64,000 nt of DNA from Macrostomum lignano (Eukaryota): assembly GCA_002269645.1 (NCBI GenBank), contig NIVC01002637.1, positions 13,804 through 77,803 of the forward strand. The letters are read 5' to 3'. The position numbers and the translations under genes are program-made. Positions 13,343 to 26,108 of the stretch are shown here, piece after piece. Numbering within the stretch: the stretch's first letter is position 1; each line of letters opens with the position of its first letter. The notes below the pieces were generated by a model. The model saw nothing but the letters and a program-made list of their open reading frames with translations, did not search any database and was not told where the DNA came from.

Positions 13343-16300
13343 TCATTTGTAAATCTTAGCAATATTTCGCCGGGCCAGTTCCGGCTCCTCGGAGCTGAAC
13401 ACCAGGCCGAAGTCCTGCCTGGTGACCAGGTGCTGCTCGGCCACCGGCAGGCGGCTCCGGAAGCGAATCGCCACCTCGCTGGACAGGCAGACGGCCTCGC
13501 GCCACAGGCTGGGCTTCAGCGCGGCAAGCACGGAGGTCTGGCAGCCCCAGGCCGGGTAGGCGTTGAACTCCAGCAGGTAGACTCGGAGCTCGTCGTCAAT
13601 CAGAAAGTCGACGCCGAGGATGCGAAACGCGTTGCTCGGACAGTCGCGATCGTCGAGGAAGTAGCGGAACACGGCCGACACGTAGCCCAGCAGGGCGCCG
13701 ATCTTCGGGTACAGCTCCCGCTTGGCCCAGTCGCGATCCCGCAGCCGGTGCCGCTTGTTGAAGTAGTCATTGAGCTCGTCCGGAAACCAGGTGGTGACCT
13801 CCTTGAGCTGGCCGAACGTCCTTGTCTGCTTGGCCTGCACGCTCTGGTTGGTGAGGTGGACGGCCAGGTCCGGCGAGGCGGCATTGTAGGGCAGCGAGCT
13901 GAGCCGCACGAAGCCCGGGTGCATGAACACAAAGTAGCCCATCTCGCAGTCTGCAAAAAGTTATTTACAAGCGATTATTGGTTTCAAAGTACATGCAATG
14001 CAAATACGCTCGTAGTTAAATTCATCGGTAATGCTACAGAATCTACTTTGCTGTGTATTGAGATTTCTCGAAATGATGCAACCCGAGTTTACACAGCTCA
14101 GCAGTGCATGCGGGGGCGTCACCATGGATTTTTTGGTGGTGTACATTTTTTCCAGAATAGGCGTTGTCAGCGCTCATTTGGTGCCGCAGACACTCATTTT
14201 GGCGCCGCAGGCACTCATTTGGGCGCCGCAGGCACTCATTTTGGCGCCGCAGACACTCATTTTGGCGCCACAGGCACTATATTTTGTCGCCCTGAAGCAA
14301 AGTTATTGATTTCCATAATGGGTCACGAGGTTTGGTGGGGGGGGACAAAGCACTGGCATGTCCGTCCCCCCTGCCCTCGGTGCATGGCGACGCCCTTTGA
14401 GTGCATGCACACGAAACTCCACAAAATTTTTCGATATTTTGCTCCAAAAATTTAAGTCCCATTCACACCATTTAAATAGCTCGTATAAGGTTGATTTTGC
14501 GTGATGTACATACGTACATGTACTTTCGTCCCTTTGTAAATCAATCATGCGCTTTTCGATGGCTCTATTGATGACGGTGTGAACGCGAGTTCGCATCCAT
14601 TCCGAAAGTATCTCTGGTCTCATCATCAGCCTTGAGGGAAGTACAGACTAAAAATATAGAGTCGGTTAAAAAATACCCAGCACTTAACCTAATGAGCGTC
14701 TCACAGATTAATGCCAATCCAACAAGCAATATATTTTCTGTGCGGAACAGGCCAGTAAATTTCTACCATGGCAGACACACAGGATGGCAATGAAATTTCA
14801 GGAGCATTTTAACGCTAAAAGATAGAGGCTTCAGACTGGGCACTCAGCACTCACCCTCAGTGCAGCCAGATGGATCGGTCCTGGCCCGCTTGGGATTGAC
14901 CACCAGCATGTAGACTCTCAGGTCGAACTTGCGCTTGTCGGCCACCAGCGGCCGCTCAATGTACTGCTGCATAATAACCTGAGCGCTGGACATCTTCTGA
15001 AACTCGCTGTTGGTCAAAAAGTTGAGCAGGTCTTCCCGGACGTGGTCCCGTCTGATCTTAACCAGCTGCATCTTGTCGCCCATGCTGCCGCTGAAATTGA
15101 CGGCGCTTAGCCACGGGTAGAGCGCAAACTCTCGTGACTTGGATGCTTTATCAGATTCAGGCTTGGTGCTTAGAGGCGGGCAGTGCTGCCGATAAGTGCG
15201 TGTCTACTGCACCCAAACGCTGCACTAAAGCCAAATACGAGCGTAACTAATCCACTAAAGTGCCCCAGCTCCCGTTGAGGATTTTTTACTTGCCCTCAGC
15301 CAGTTTGCAAAAGCATCATGGAAAAAATTGCCAACTACTCAAGTCAGAAGCATGCTTAGCAGAGTTTTTTGTGACAAAATGTTTAGTTCGCTGGGAACGT
15401 GAATAACGACAGGGCTCTTACCCGACTGGTTTAGCCAGATATCTGCCTGGATGAACGGCTGAAATGTAAATAACGAGTGTTGAGAGCACTCATGCAGAAG
15501 AATGGTAGCAAATATTGAGAGCTGTGAAGTATTCTTTCTTTTCTGAACAATATTACAATAATTGTTCTATGATCTTAATACTTTTTCCTCAAAAGTAGGG
15601 CCGCGCTAAACAGAAATAAAGTGCCGAGTCCTGCGAGCCTTGATTACCTAGCACAGACTCCAGATTCGGATTTGCCATGCAAACTGTAAACGGCGTGAAC
15701 TCCTCGTGGCTGAAGACGGCACCGGATCCAGTGAGGAAGCTGGTGCCCCGCTGTCGCATTTGTTCCTCTGCGTGGCGCAATGAGATCACCAGGCGCCACT
15801 TGCTGCACATCTGGTACATCCGGTTGGTGTACGGCCGGAGTGTCAGGTAGCTTGGACCGTCTGATGGCGGAGAGGGACAGGTGCGAGGCTGAGTCAAGTA
15901 GTTGGGACACCAGCTGATAGCGGAGAGGGACAGGTGCGAGGCTGGGTCAGGTAGTTGGGACATCAGCTGATAGCGAAAAGGGACAGGTGCGAGGCTGGGT
16001 CAAGTAGTTGGGACACCAGCTGATAGCGGAGAGGGACAGGTGCGAGGCTGGGTCAGGTAGTTGGGACACCAGCTGATAGCGAAGAGGGACAGGTGCAAGG
16101 CTGGATCAGGTAGTTAGGACACCAGCTGATAGCGGAGAGGGACAGGTGCAAGGCTGGATCAGGTAGTTGGGACACCAGCTGAGATCGAGACAGAAGGAAG
16201 AGCCACTCACATAGCAGGGGGTGGCTGTTTCCTGTACTGGTAATAAGAATGCTCAGCTTTCGCCCATTTGCAGCAATCTTTGCGTCCGCGATGTTCTCTT

Positions 16301-19300
16301 GGATTTTTTTGAAGCCGAGACATTCAATGGGTTTATGAATTCTGCGGGAGTAGGGCGGGAAGCTTTTGCTGTACAAATTCACTTACATGTAGTCATTTGT
16401 ACCGATCTATAACCAACCCAAAAAACGATCTGGGTTATTCTAACCGACCCCCACTGCCGGAAGTCCCGCGCTGCAGGTTCCCGTCCCTCACTTCATTTGT
16501 GAGTGCCTCACCTTTACTCAGGACAGGCTCACCAGGGGAGTACGAGATCTGCTAGCAGGAAATCTGCTAGCCGAAGTTTGCTAGCCGAAATCTGCTAGCC
16601 GAAATCTGCTAGACGAAATCTGCTAGACGAAATCTGCTAGACGAAATCTGCTAGACGAAATCTGCTAGACGAAATCTGCTAGCCGAAGTTTGCTAGCCGA
16701 AATCTGCTAGACGAAATCTGCTAGACGAAATCTGCTAGACGAAATCTGCTAGACGAAATCTGCTAGACGAAATCTGCTAGACGAAATCTGCTAGACGAAA
16801 TCTGCTAGACGAAATCTGCTAGACGAAATCTGCTAGACGAAATCTGCTAGACGAAATCTGCTAGACGAAATTTGCTAGCCGGAATTCGCTTGCCGAAATC
16901 TGCTAGCCGAAATCTGCTAGCCTTTGATTTGTACGAGTAAATATATAACTTATACTGCCACTGCAAGCTATTTAGACTGAAAGTTGTTCGTAGATATGTT
17001 TAAATTTAACTACGTGAACTACCTGCTTTTAGCGCTAAAACATTATCAATGTCTAAAAAAGATTATCTACGAAAGCACAGTTTTCACTGTTACCACGAAT
17101 CACATATCACTGAATGCGTAAAAATATTACATAAAAATTTAATTTGCATATTGCATGTAATCATGCACAGCTAATTCAACTAGATAAACTTTGCTGGGAA
17201 CACAGCTGGAAAGTCAGCATCAAAAACAGCAATTACATGTGTATTCTTTACATGTATTTTATGCTTCTATAAAATATGAGGTAGGAAAAAATTTTTAAAT
17301 GATTTTGTCGATTTCCAAGTACTTTAGCATACAGTAACACACAGTTGGTGTACAGTATCTATAGCTAGATACATGTATGTCCAAAGTACAATTTACTATA
17401 GCTGTATGTATCGTAAATGTATACATGTAGATATTTTCCATCGATTACGGTACACTGTACATAGTAAAAACTCTAAAGTAAAGTAATTAGAGCAATTAAA
17501 CGCAAATTTATTTGTCCGGCATTAATACGTCCTGCAAAGTTTCTTGCGAAATCGGACAAGAAGAATTGTCTCTAGCAAATTGCAACTTCGTAAATTGCTG
17601 CTCGCCGGTTTTGGTTAGCAAAATTCCTGCTAGCAGATTTCGGCTAGCGGATTTCGGCTAGCAGATTTCGTCTAGCAGATTTCCTGCTAGCAAATTTCAT
17701 AGACCCGCTCACCAGCTCCAGTCACACACTGAGGACTATCACCAGCCCCAGTCACACACTGAGGACTATCACCAGCTCCAGTCACACACTGAGGACTATC
17801 ACCAGCCCCAGTCACACACTGAGGACTATCACCAGCTCCAGTCACACACTGAGGACAATCACCAGCTCCAGTCACACACTGAGGACAATCACCAGCTCCA
17901 GTCACACACTGAGGACAATCACCAGCTCCAGTCAAACACTGAGGACAATCACCAGCTCCAGTAACACACTGAGGACAATCACCAGCTCCAGTCACACACT
18001 GAGGACAATCACCAGCTCCAGTCACACACTGAGGACTATCACCAGCTCCAGTCACACACTGAGGACAATCACCAGCTCCAGTCAAACACTGAGGACAATC
18101 ACCAGCTCCAGTCAAACACTGAGGACAATCACCAGCTCCAGTCACACACTGAGGACTATCACCAACTCCAGTCACACACTGAGGACAATCACCAGCTCCA
18201 GTCACACACTGAGGACTATCACCAGCTCCAGTCACACACTGAGGACTATCGCCAGCAGCCCCCAATCACACACTGAGGACTATCGCCAGCCCCCAATCAC
18301 ACACTGAGGACAATCACCAGCTCCAGTCACACACTGAGGACAATCACCAGCTCTAGTCACACACTGAGGACAATCACCAGCTCCAGTCACACACTGAGGA
18401 CTATCACCAGCCCCAGTCACACATTGAGGACAATCACCAGCTCCAGTCACACACTGAGGACTATCACCAGCCCCATTCACACACTGAGGACTATCACCAG
18501 CTCCAGTCACACACTGAGGACTATCACCAGCTCCAGTCACACACTGAGGACTATCACCAGCTCCAGTCACACACTGAGGACTATCGCCAGCCCCCAAACA
18601 CACACTGAGGACTATCGCCAGCCCCATTCACACACTGAGGACTATCACCAGCTCCAGTCACACACTGAGGACAATCACCAGCTCCAGTCACACACTGAGG
18701 ACTATCACCAGCCCCAGTCACATATTGAGGACAATCACCAGCTCCAGTCACACACTGAGGACAATCACCAGCCCCATTCACACACTGAGGACTATCACCA
18801 GCTCCAGTCACACACTGAGGACTATCGCCAGCCCCCAAACACACACTGAGGACTATCGCCAGCCCCCAATCACACACTGAGGACTATCGCCAGCCCCCAA
18901 TCACACACTGAGGACTATCGCCAGCCCCCAATCACACACTGAGGACTATCACCAGCTCCAGTCACACACTGAGGACTATCACCAGCCCCAGTCACACACT
19001 GAGGACTATCACCAGCTCCAGTCACACACTGAGGACTATCGCCAGCAGCCCCCAATCACACACTGAGGACTATCGCCAGCCCCCAATCACACACTGAGGA
19101 CAATCACCAGCTCCAGTCACACACTGAGGACAATCACCAGCTCCAGTCACACACTGAGGACTATCGCCAGCCCCCAAACACACACTGAGGACTATCGCCA
19201 GCCCCCAAACACACACTGAGGACTATCACCAGCCCCCAATCACACACTGAGGACCATCACCAATCCCACCAAACACTCGTACGAGTGTACTATGGCCCAA

Positions 19301-19669
19301 AAAATCTAAGCAAGATCTTATTTAGTTTTTCACCATTACCAGTTACAGTGTGAGGGCCGTAACTAGGCTCTCATCTTGCAAATATTGATCTAATATAGAA
19401 ATTAAACTACAGAAATCAAAGATTCAATCGTCTCAGCCGCAGACTCACGCGTTTGCATTCATGCCTACAACAGTGCCGGAGGCGACTTGCTGCCGCAGGG
19501 CCACTGTGTAGCCAACCTGGTCTTCGTAGGTGCAGCGGAACAGCGCGCTCCGACCAGCCAGTTGGTAGGGCAGCGACAGAATTGTCGGCTTCTCAGGTGA
19601 GCAGTTCGCCTTCAACTGGTCCCGACTATCTCCAGCCGCTGTTACGGTTCCGCCATTGGCTACTGCCAT
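13343..19669 (-). CDS. TTLL10: Tubulin tyrosine ligase-like protein, TTLL10 (polyglycylase)-like
   Basis: Phase-consistent exons: 19669-19449, ~16368-16211, 15860-15648, 15458-15422, 15090-14855, 13950-13343. Motifs YLAKPVGGSMG, QQYIERPLVADKRKFDLRVY, HLTNQ and GVDFLIDDELRVYLLEFNAYP. The C-terminal half fits TTLL10 best from recalled sequence. 5' exons are less certain. Confidence 0.8.
14111..14399. mobile_element. hAT-type MITE with internal 21-bp repeats
   Basis: 8-bp TSD AGTGCATG at 14103-14110 and 14400-14407. TIRs GGGCGTCACCATG / CATGGCGACGCCC. Internal CACTCATTTTGGCGCCGCAG repeats. Confidence 0.85.
15862..16190 (-). repeat. 53-bp tandem array duplicating the TTLL 3' splice site
   Basis: Six units. 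AG dinucleotides lie at exact 53-bp spacing in register with the true acceptor (15861-15862). Confidence 0.9.
16536..17706. mobile_element. Non-autonomous Mutator/foldback-like element
   Basis: 9-bp TSD GCTCACCAG (16527-16535, 17707-17715), GGG...CCC ends, and 14-bp GAAATCTGCTAGAC arrays in inverted orientation at the two ends (16555-16920, 17560-17695). Confidence 0.85.
17707..19262. repeat. 30-bp minisatellite (~50 copies) in TTLL intron 1
   Basis: Unit ACCAGCTCCAGTCACACACTGAGGACTATC. Confidence 0.97.
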
Positions 19670-20299
19670 TTTGTTGGGCTGGGATCTGACTGGCACTGAC
19701 CTGAATTTATGGTGCCACGCAAGCAAGTCTGAAGTTGTTATTGTTCATTCTGAAACATTTTAAGCTAGATATTTCTAATTTCAGTCTTTATACCACCAGT
19801 GGCATTGAACATCGCTCTAGCAGGAAGTTGGACCACAGACAGTTAAGTGGTTAATGGGCTTGGGTTACTAAAAGCTTGGCCTAACCATATATCTCTATAC
19901 CATTTTAGTGTAATTTAGCTCGTATATTTCAACTGACCTACATAAATCCTTTTATGGCCTAGGCCAATCAAATACCAAGCTTCATCCAGAAGATAACGCA
20001 TGGGGGTGGGGTAAGGTGCCTCTTATCATAGCATTTCCATACAAATGGCAACAACAATAGCTTAAATAGGCACAGCAGCGAGGCTGATTGGCTGTGCTCA
20101 ATTCGCATATCACAGTCATTATTTGCAGGTTGGCGTGCTCACCTGGCATAAAAACTGTCCAGCCTTGGCGCTTGTTGGAATCCCGAGACGAATTCTCCTC
20201 AGCAATGCTTCTGTGCCAAGTGGTCTACAGTTTTTTGTTGTAAGTCATTCATGCTTTCGGTATTTTGAGTTGACTTTCTGGAGCTCACTCTAACTTCTG

Positions 20300-20960
20300 A
20301 GCTCACTCCGAATCTCCCACTCCGAATCTCCCCCACCGAATCTTCCCACTTTGAATATCAAATTCCGAATCTTCCCACTTTGAATCTCAAATTCCGAATT
20401 TCCCCACTCCAAATCACCACACCCGAATCTCCCTATTCCGAATCTTCCTTCTCCGAATCTTCCCACTCCGAATCTTCCCACTCCGAATCTTCCCACTCCG
20501 AATCTTCCCACTCCGAATCTTCCCACTCCGAATCTTCTCATTCCGAATCTCAAATTCCAAATCTCCCCACTCCGAATCTCCCCACACGAATCTCCCACTG
20601 CGAATCTCCTCCACCGAATCTCCCCACCGAATCTCCCCCACCGAATCTCCCCCACCGAATCTCCCCCACCGAATCTCCCCCACCGAATCTCCCATTCCGA
20701 ATCTCCACACTCCGAATCTCCACACTCCGAATCTTCCCACTCAGAATCTTCTCACTCCGAATCTCCCCACACCAAATCTTGGTGATCCCCCATGAAGATT
20801 TCCCACTCCGAATCTCGCCACCGAATCTTGGTGATTCCCTATGGAGATGGAGATTCCCCACTCCGAATCTCCCCATCCCGAATCTCCCCACCCCGAATCT
20901 CCCGATTCCCAATCTTTCCACTCCGAATCTTCCTACTCCGAATCTCCCCATTCTAGACTC
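20300..20960. repeat. 15-bp degenerate tandem array (CCGAATCTTCCCACT), possibly one arm of a foldback element
   Basis: About 40 units in one orientation only. Confidence 0.9.
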
Positions 20961-21724
20961 TGATGAGTATAGAAGATGCAGAATGCAAAACTAGGTGTCT
21001 GATTGACGCACATGGAAGGAATTTGTAGGCAACTATTGGCTTCAAACACTCGGCATTTCTGAGCAATTCTCTCTTTTAGTGAAGGAACTTACAGTATTTC
21101 GCAATGGTAGCAGCGGAAATATGTAAATATTGACAAAGTATCTAGGAATCGAAGTCAAACAAAGCACTAGCCACTGGAGCAGGCAGCTGGGTATCTTATT
21201 TCATTGCTTGCACTCAACCATCAACGGGAGGCCTCGGGCAACAATCCAGCTGAGTCGCTTCTTGAGTTCACATTTGCTATTCAAACAGATGACTCTGCTA
21301 GAGAGGACTCGCCCTGGGGGGATTCCTTGTGGCAGGCCTCTTTGTTGCATTAACGACCATTAATGAGTTGGCTTTGATGCATGCTAGCTATTGGCAGAAA
21401 ATTTTGTTTTAATGAAAATTATCGAAGACATGGCACTTAGTGCGATAAGTTACAGTAATGATTCGGTATAACTAGTCACTATGCTTAACTCTCAGTATAC
21501 TCATAATAGCATGACATTATAATGCAGCTAAACTGCTAAATATTTATACTGCCAAGTTCTTAAGGAACGAGCTCATGACAGTTGGTGGGGGGAGTCAAGC
21601 CATGTAGGAACTATGAAACTATGACCTGCAATTAAGTGACAACCGGAATTTCCTACAAATACTTTTCAATACTATGAAGTTGTGAAAATGAAAGGTGCTC
21701 TGAAGAATCCGATAAGAGTTGATC

Positions 21725-21920
21725 CTCACTCAGAATCTCAATCTTACAGAATCTCACAAACCTCACAGAACCTCAAATAATCTCGTAGATTCTCATAAAA
21801 TTTCACAGAATCTCACAGAATATCACAGAATCTCACAGAATCTCACAGAATCTCACGGAATCTCACAGAATCTCACGGAATCTCACGGAATCTCACAGAA
21901 TCTCACAGAATCTCACTCTC
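21725..21920. repeat. 10-bp ACAGAATCTC array
   Basis: Direct repeats. Confidence 0.9.
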
Positions 21921-22280
21921 AATTTTCTAAGAAAATTGCGCAACAGACTCGACTCGACTTTGCAGGCGCTCCGAGCTGCCTTCCCTTGCTCATAGGACAC
22001 ACAAGCCGCTCTTGGATTAGGACACTCTTGACTCATAGCACTTGACTCTTGGCGACTCCTATCATAGGCTCATAGTGTTGAGCCCTTGGGGAACCGGTGT
22101 CCGGTGTCAGCCAGCAGGCAGTCGAAGAAACGCCGAATGCGCGCCTGTACGACCGGTAGGGTGCCTGCAACGTCAGCAGAGCACCTCCCTATAGTGGGCT
22201 TTGGGCTAAGTGGTAGACAACAATAATATGGCTCCTCATCCAAACGTCTCCGCGATCCTCAACCATGCAGCTTCGCTCAG

Positions 22281-23189
22281 CGGGAGCTTGTAGCAGCCAG
22301 CAGCCAGCGGGTGTCCTTCCGAGCCGTGCCAACCGCGCTGCCAGCCGCTGTCCGCAACGCCACCGCCGGCGTCCGCCTGATGACGGGCGCGTCAGCCCCG
22401 GCCAGCTGCCAGGTCGAGTGCGCCGCCGACCCGGACTGTCGGGTGGCTCAACACGTCGCGCCGCACTGCTGGCTGGGCAACTCGACAGCCTGGTCTGCCG
22501 GCTGGGTCGCCCAGCCCGGTGCCGTCAGCCACCTCAAGCTGGCTGTGGACGACGGGGACACGCAGCTGCTGCTCGGCTTTGACCAACGATTTCTAACAGG
22601 CCACTCGATCACCAATTCAACGGATGTGAAGTACGTCGGCGTAGATCAGATCGACGGCGTCGGGCTGAACTTTCTCGGCAAGTTCAGCTCTTACATTGAC
22701 TTGCTCGGTCTGGGCACCTTTCTGGCCGCTCCGCCGCAGAATCTGACCTTCTTTGTCAAGGTGCAGCGAGCCTACCCGGACTCAGCTAGCAACAACCGGG
22801 CGTTCTTCAGCGTCTACAACTTGGCCAAGGGGCCGTCGGTCGATCGACCCGGTTTCTTCTACGAGAACTCCGGCATTGTGCACTTCTACTTCGTCTGGCC
22901 CTGCTCGTTCCGTTCTAAAGAGAGCGTGATGCCCATTGGCACTAGCGAGCAGTCGGTGTCGCTCGCTTTCGTGCTGAACGGCTGCAACGGAGCCAGGCTG
23001 TTCGTGTCCGGCGCTGAGCAGGAGGTCACTTCCAACGCGCGGGGAACCTCGGCTTACACGCCAGACGCCATTCGGCTGGGCTACGCTATTGCCGAGGGCA
23101 ACACGTTCAACGGAGTGTTCCAGTGCTTCGCCATAGTAAAACGGGCGATGACCGCTGAGGAGATCCGCGCGATGGACGGCGTCTGCTGA
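22281..23189 (+). CDS. Terminal exon of a probable extracellular protein: PAN/apple-like Cys module plus LamG/concanavalin-A-like domain
   Basis: C..EC..DPDC...C..W pattern followed by a beta-rich domain ending FNGVFQCFAIVKRAMTAEEI (LamG_3-like). No in-frame ATG precedes it; candidate acceptor CTTCGCTCAG at 22271-22280, so an upstream exon is presumed. Confidence 0.65.
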   Translation, partial: RELVAASSQRVSFRAVPTALPAAVRNATAGVRLMTGASAPASCQVECAADPDCRVAQHVAPHCWLGNSTAWSAGWVAQPGAVSHLKLAVDDGDTQLLLGFDQRFLTGHSITNSTDVKYVGVDQIDGVGLNFLGKFSSYIDLLGLGTFLAAPPQNLTFFVKVQRAYPDSASNNRAFFSVYNLAKGPSVDRPGFFYENSGIVHFYFVWPCSFRSKESVMPIGTSEQSVSLAFVLNGCNGARLFVSGAEQEVTSNARGTSAYTPDAIRLGYAIAEGNTFNGVFQCFAIVKRAMTAEEIRAMDGVC

Positions 23190-25751
23190 TGATGAGGCTT
23201 TGGGCAATGAATGATTACAGTTTTACTGGCTGCTGAAATCAAAATATCCCCACTTAGCTGCCGCTAAAATTTTAGCCGTGGGGGACGAAAAGTTTTCGAG
23301 GCTCGGTTGATGTTTTTTATTTGTCGTGTTCCGGCTTGTCAAATTGCGTTAATGGAATTTCTGATCCTCGGAAGCTTCTCGTTTCTCGTTTCTGGTAGTT
23401 TTTACTAGTCTCGGATTCCTCTTCTTGGGAACTTTGTTAAACTACACAACCAATTTGGTAACTAAGAGCTTTGGAAAAATCTTAACAATGTGGTTTCAAG
23501 TTGCATCGAGTTTATGAGGCCAGTTCAATGAAGCGTGGACTACCGGAAGTTTATCAACGAACCAGTGGTTTTGAATAAACAATCAAAATTGGTAGTCGGC
23601 TGTCTATCAGTGGTTTCTGACCTCCGATTTGTTACCATTGCTTCGAAAAAAATCTTTGAAGTGTAAAAAAAGGTTGCTATTACAGGTGACCAGCAGCCAT
23701 GTCCATTGCCCACTCAACTTACCCTTTAAAACGCATGCAGATACGTACGCAGACACAAACTCACACAGGATGTACAACCTGTGGGGTCGAATCATCCGAC
23801 AAGCCCGAGACCTATTTTTGTGCATGCTGGTGGAACTGTTTTTTAGCTGCTGTACAACGGAGCAATGCAGGTACACGGAATTCAAGAATTAAATACATCT
23901 GTTCCTGCACACCTTCTCAAACAAGAATCAAGTCACCAAACCTCCGGATATTCAACGATTCTTCCAGAGGGACGGATTTTCCCATAAGCCTTGCCAAGCC
24001 TCCAGATTTAACCAGCACGTCGACTACGTGTGTCTGCATCAGCCCTGACTTCGGTGGTCACTGGTCTTCTCCCGGGTGGAGCTCCGCCACCAGGTAACTA
24101 TGGACATCCTGTTTCTGTCTAGGTCTGATATCGCTGACCATGCCAGTGGACAGTGGGCAAACCTTGACTGCTGGACATCCTCAACTAGCCTCTCAAGCAA
24201 CCTTACGGCTGACGGTATTCCTACTGTAAACCAACATACTTTGGCCATCCTGGGCAGTCGTTTCCTTTAGTATGGTTTAATCGTATTCTTGAACATCTAG
24301 CTCGCATTGGGAACACATTCCTGCCAGAAATATGCCTCACCCCCGTTGGGACTATCGCGTTTCAAGAACGTGCCTCTCAGCTTTTCAGATGTTTTCATTT
24401 TTTGCACTATTTGCTCAGTTTTTACGTGCGCCTGCATGGACTTAAGGCGGCATGAATCCGGTGCGGTGGGTGCGTTGAATGCAATGGATTAAACCAGCTT
24501 GAGCAATATTTGCTCAGGATAGCTAGCTATTGACAATAGAAGCTGGAAGATTTCTCCTCAATAGTAACGGCTTGGCTAGCGGAGGCGTAATCTTTTCAAG
24601 GCTACGGTTAGTAGGTTGTTGGTGATTTTTGCTTGCCGCTTGTCACGCTTGCTGATGTCTGGACCATAGACAACTCAAGTAAAATGGGTGTAGGCTGAAA
24701 GATGCATTTGCAAGATTGAAGGTTCTCCGTTTATGGCAATAAAAGTCTTGCGGAGGAAACAGAGAAAGGAATAAAATTTTTTTAACAAACTACATGTAGG
24801 TTTTGACCTTGTGCAGTCTACGAGTTCAGTATCCTAAGGAAAATGATGTCTAAAGCAAAAAAAGTATCGCCCCCCTGCGAATTGTGGCACCAAAGCCCTA
24901 TAACTCTCCCTTTGATGCCTGGCCTACCAACAACTCTGAGAACCCCCCCCCCCCTATGAGCCACAGCATTTTAGCAATCCCCTCATGAGTCTTGATATCT
25001 CAGTAATTTCCCACATGAGCCACAGCATTTCGCTGGGTCCAGAATATCAAGCGCTAATAGACTGAAAAATCAATAATTAATTTGCTAAAAATATGGTTAA
25101 AGATTTAGCTGACAACTTTAATTTCAGTATAAGACAGATCCCCCATTTTTTCTGCATCCACAAAAAACTGAACGCGCTGGGCAAACTTTTAGTTGAGCCC
25201 CGTCTGGATTGGTGTTGAATATCAGAGTTTGCAGTTGCCAAGATAAATGCTTACATGTCGCACCAACCCGATGCCGGAAGCAAACACTCGCAAGTACCGA
25301 TGAGGCATGATGGCTGCCACATGTTGATTTCTTATTTGAGTTTCACCACCGGATGTGGATTTCGCTCAAATAATGATGCCTAGCCCAGGTACGGATAGGG
25401 AACACATGAATATAACATTGGGGAGTACAAAACTTATTGTTGGATATACTTTTTTCCAGGAATTAAAATGACTTCTCTAAATTCGAAAAAGCTCTACGAA
25501 GTCCGCATGCTTGACATCAGTGTGATTTTATTTCACAGAAGCGAAGCTTTCCGGGAATTTTTCAAACCTTTTCCAATGCAGAAAGGCGAACTATATATTT
25601 TTGGGATAGCAATCAAGCAAGCTTAGAGAAGGTAGTTTTCAACTGTAATATAAGCTCTAAACAGTTTTAAAAGATAGTTGCCATTCTGTGCGATTAAATC
25701 GTTTTGACGATGAAAACTTCTGTGCCACCCATTTGTTATTAAAGACATGGA

Positions 25752-26108
25752 GCTGTGTGCACCCTGGCGCACTTTAACCGACATTGTCACACAACCGGCG
25801 AGAGGCATTGCTGCCCATTCCGCCGACTCCCCTGAGCAGGCACACAAGCGCGCGGATACGTACGCAGTCATACGCACAGGCACACACTCACACAGGAGTG
25901 CACAGCGGCCCTAACTTTATTTATCGCTAGGCATGTACACTTCACTGTGCCTTGGGGGCTGGCCCCTCAAGGGCGTTGATTGCACGAGCAGAGCCAAGCC
26001 GAGATTCCAATTTAGCCCCGAATTAATATCTGACTGCACTTGGAATCGAGCCTGGGCCGCTGTACGTGAGACCCCTGCGCTAGACCACATGGTTACGGCC
26101 TACGGCCC
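25752..26108 (-). mobile_element. tRNA-derived SINE family B, copy 1
   Basis: Head with A box (GTAACCATGTGG) and B box (GGCTCGATTCC). The body closely matches 33214-33560 in the opposite orientation. Confidence 0.8.

Noticed and set aside
13307-14455. 382-aa plus-strand ORF
   Set aside because: Antisense shadow of the GC-rich TTLL last exon plus a MITE.
14303-14650. Possible extra TTLL exon (MMRPEIL...)
   Set aside because: No acceptor gives the required phase 1, and the flanking exons join directly in frame.
17687-18877. CVTGAGDSPQ repeat proteins
   Set aside because: Translation of the 30-bp intronic minisatellite.
20958-21000. Hammerhead-like CTGATGAG
   Set aside because: No stem II or CGAAA partner. 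The similar motif near 14620 also fails.
23900-24300. Coding-like decayed segment on the minus strand
   Set aside because: Multiple stops and no recognisable motif.
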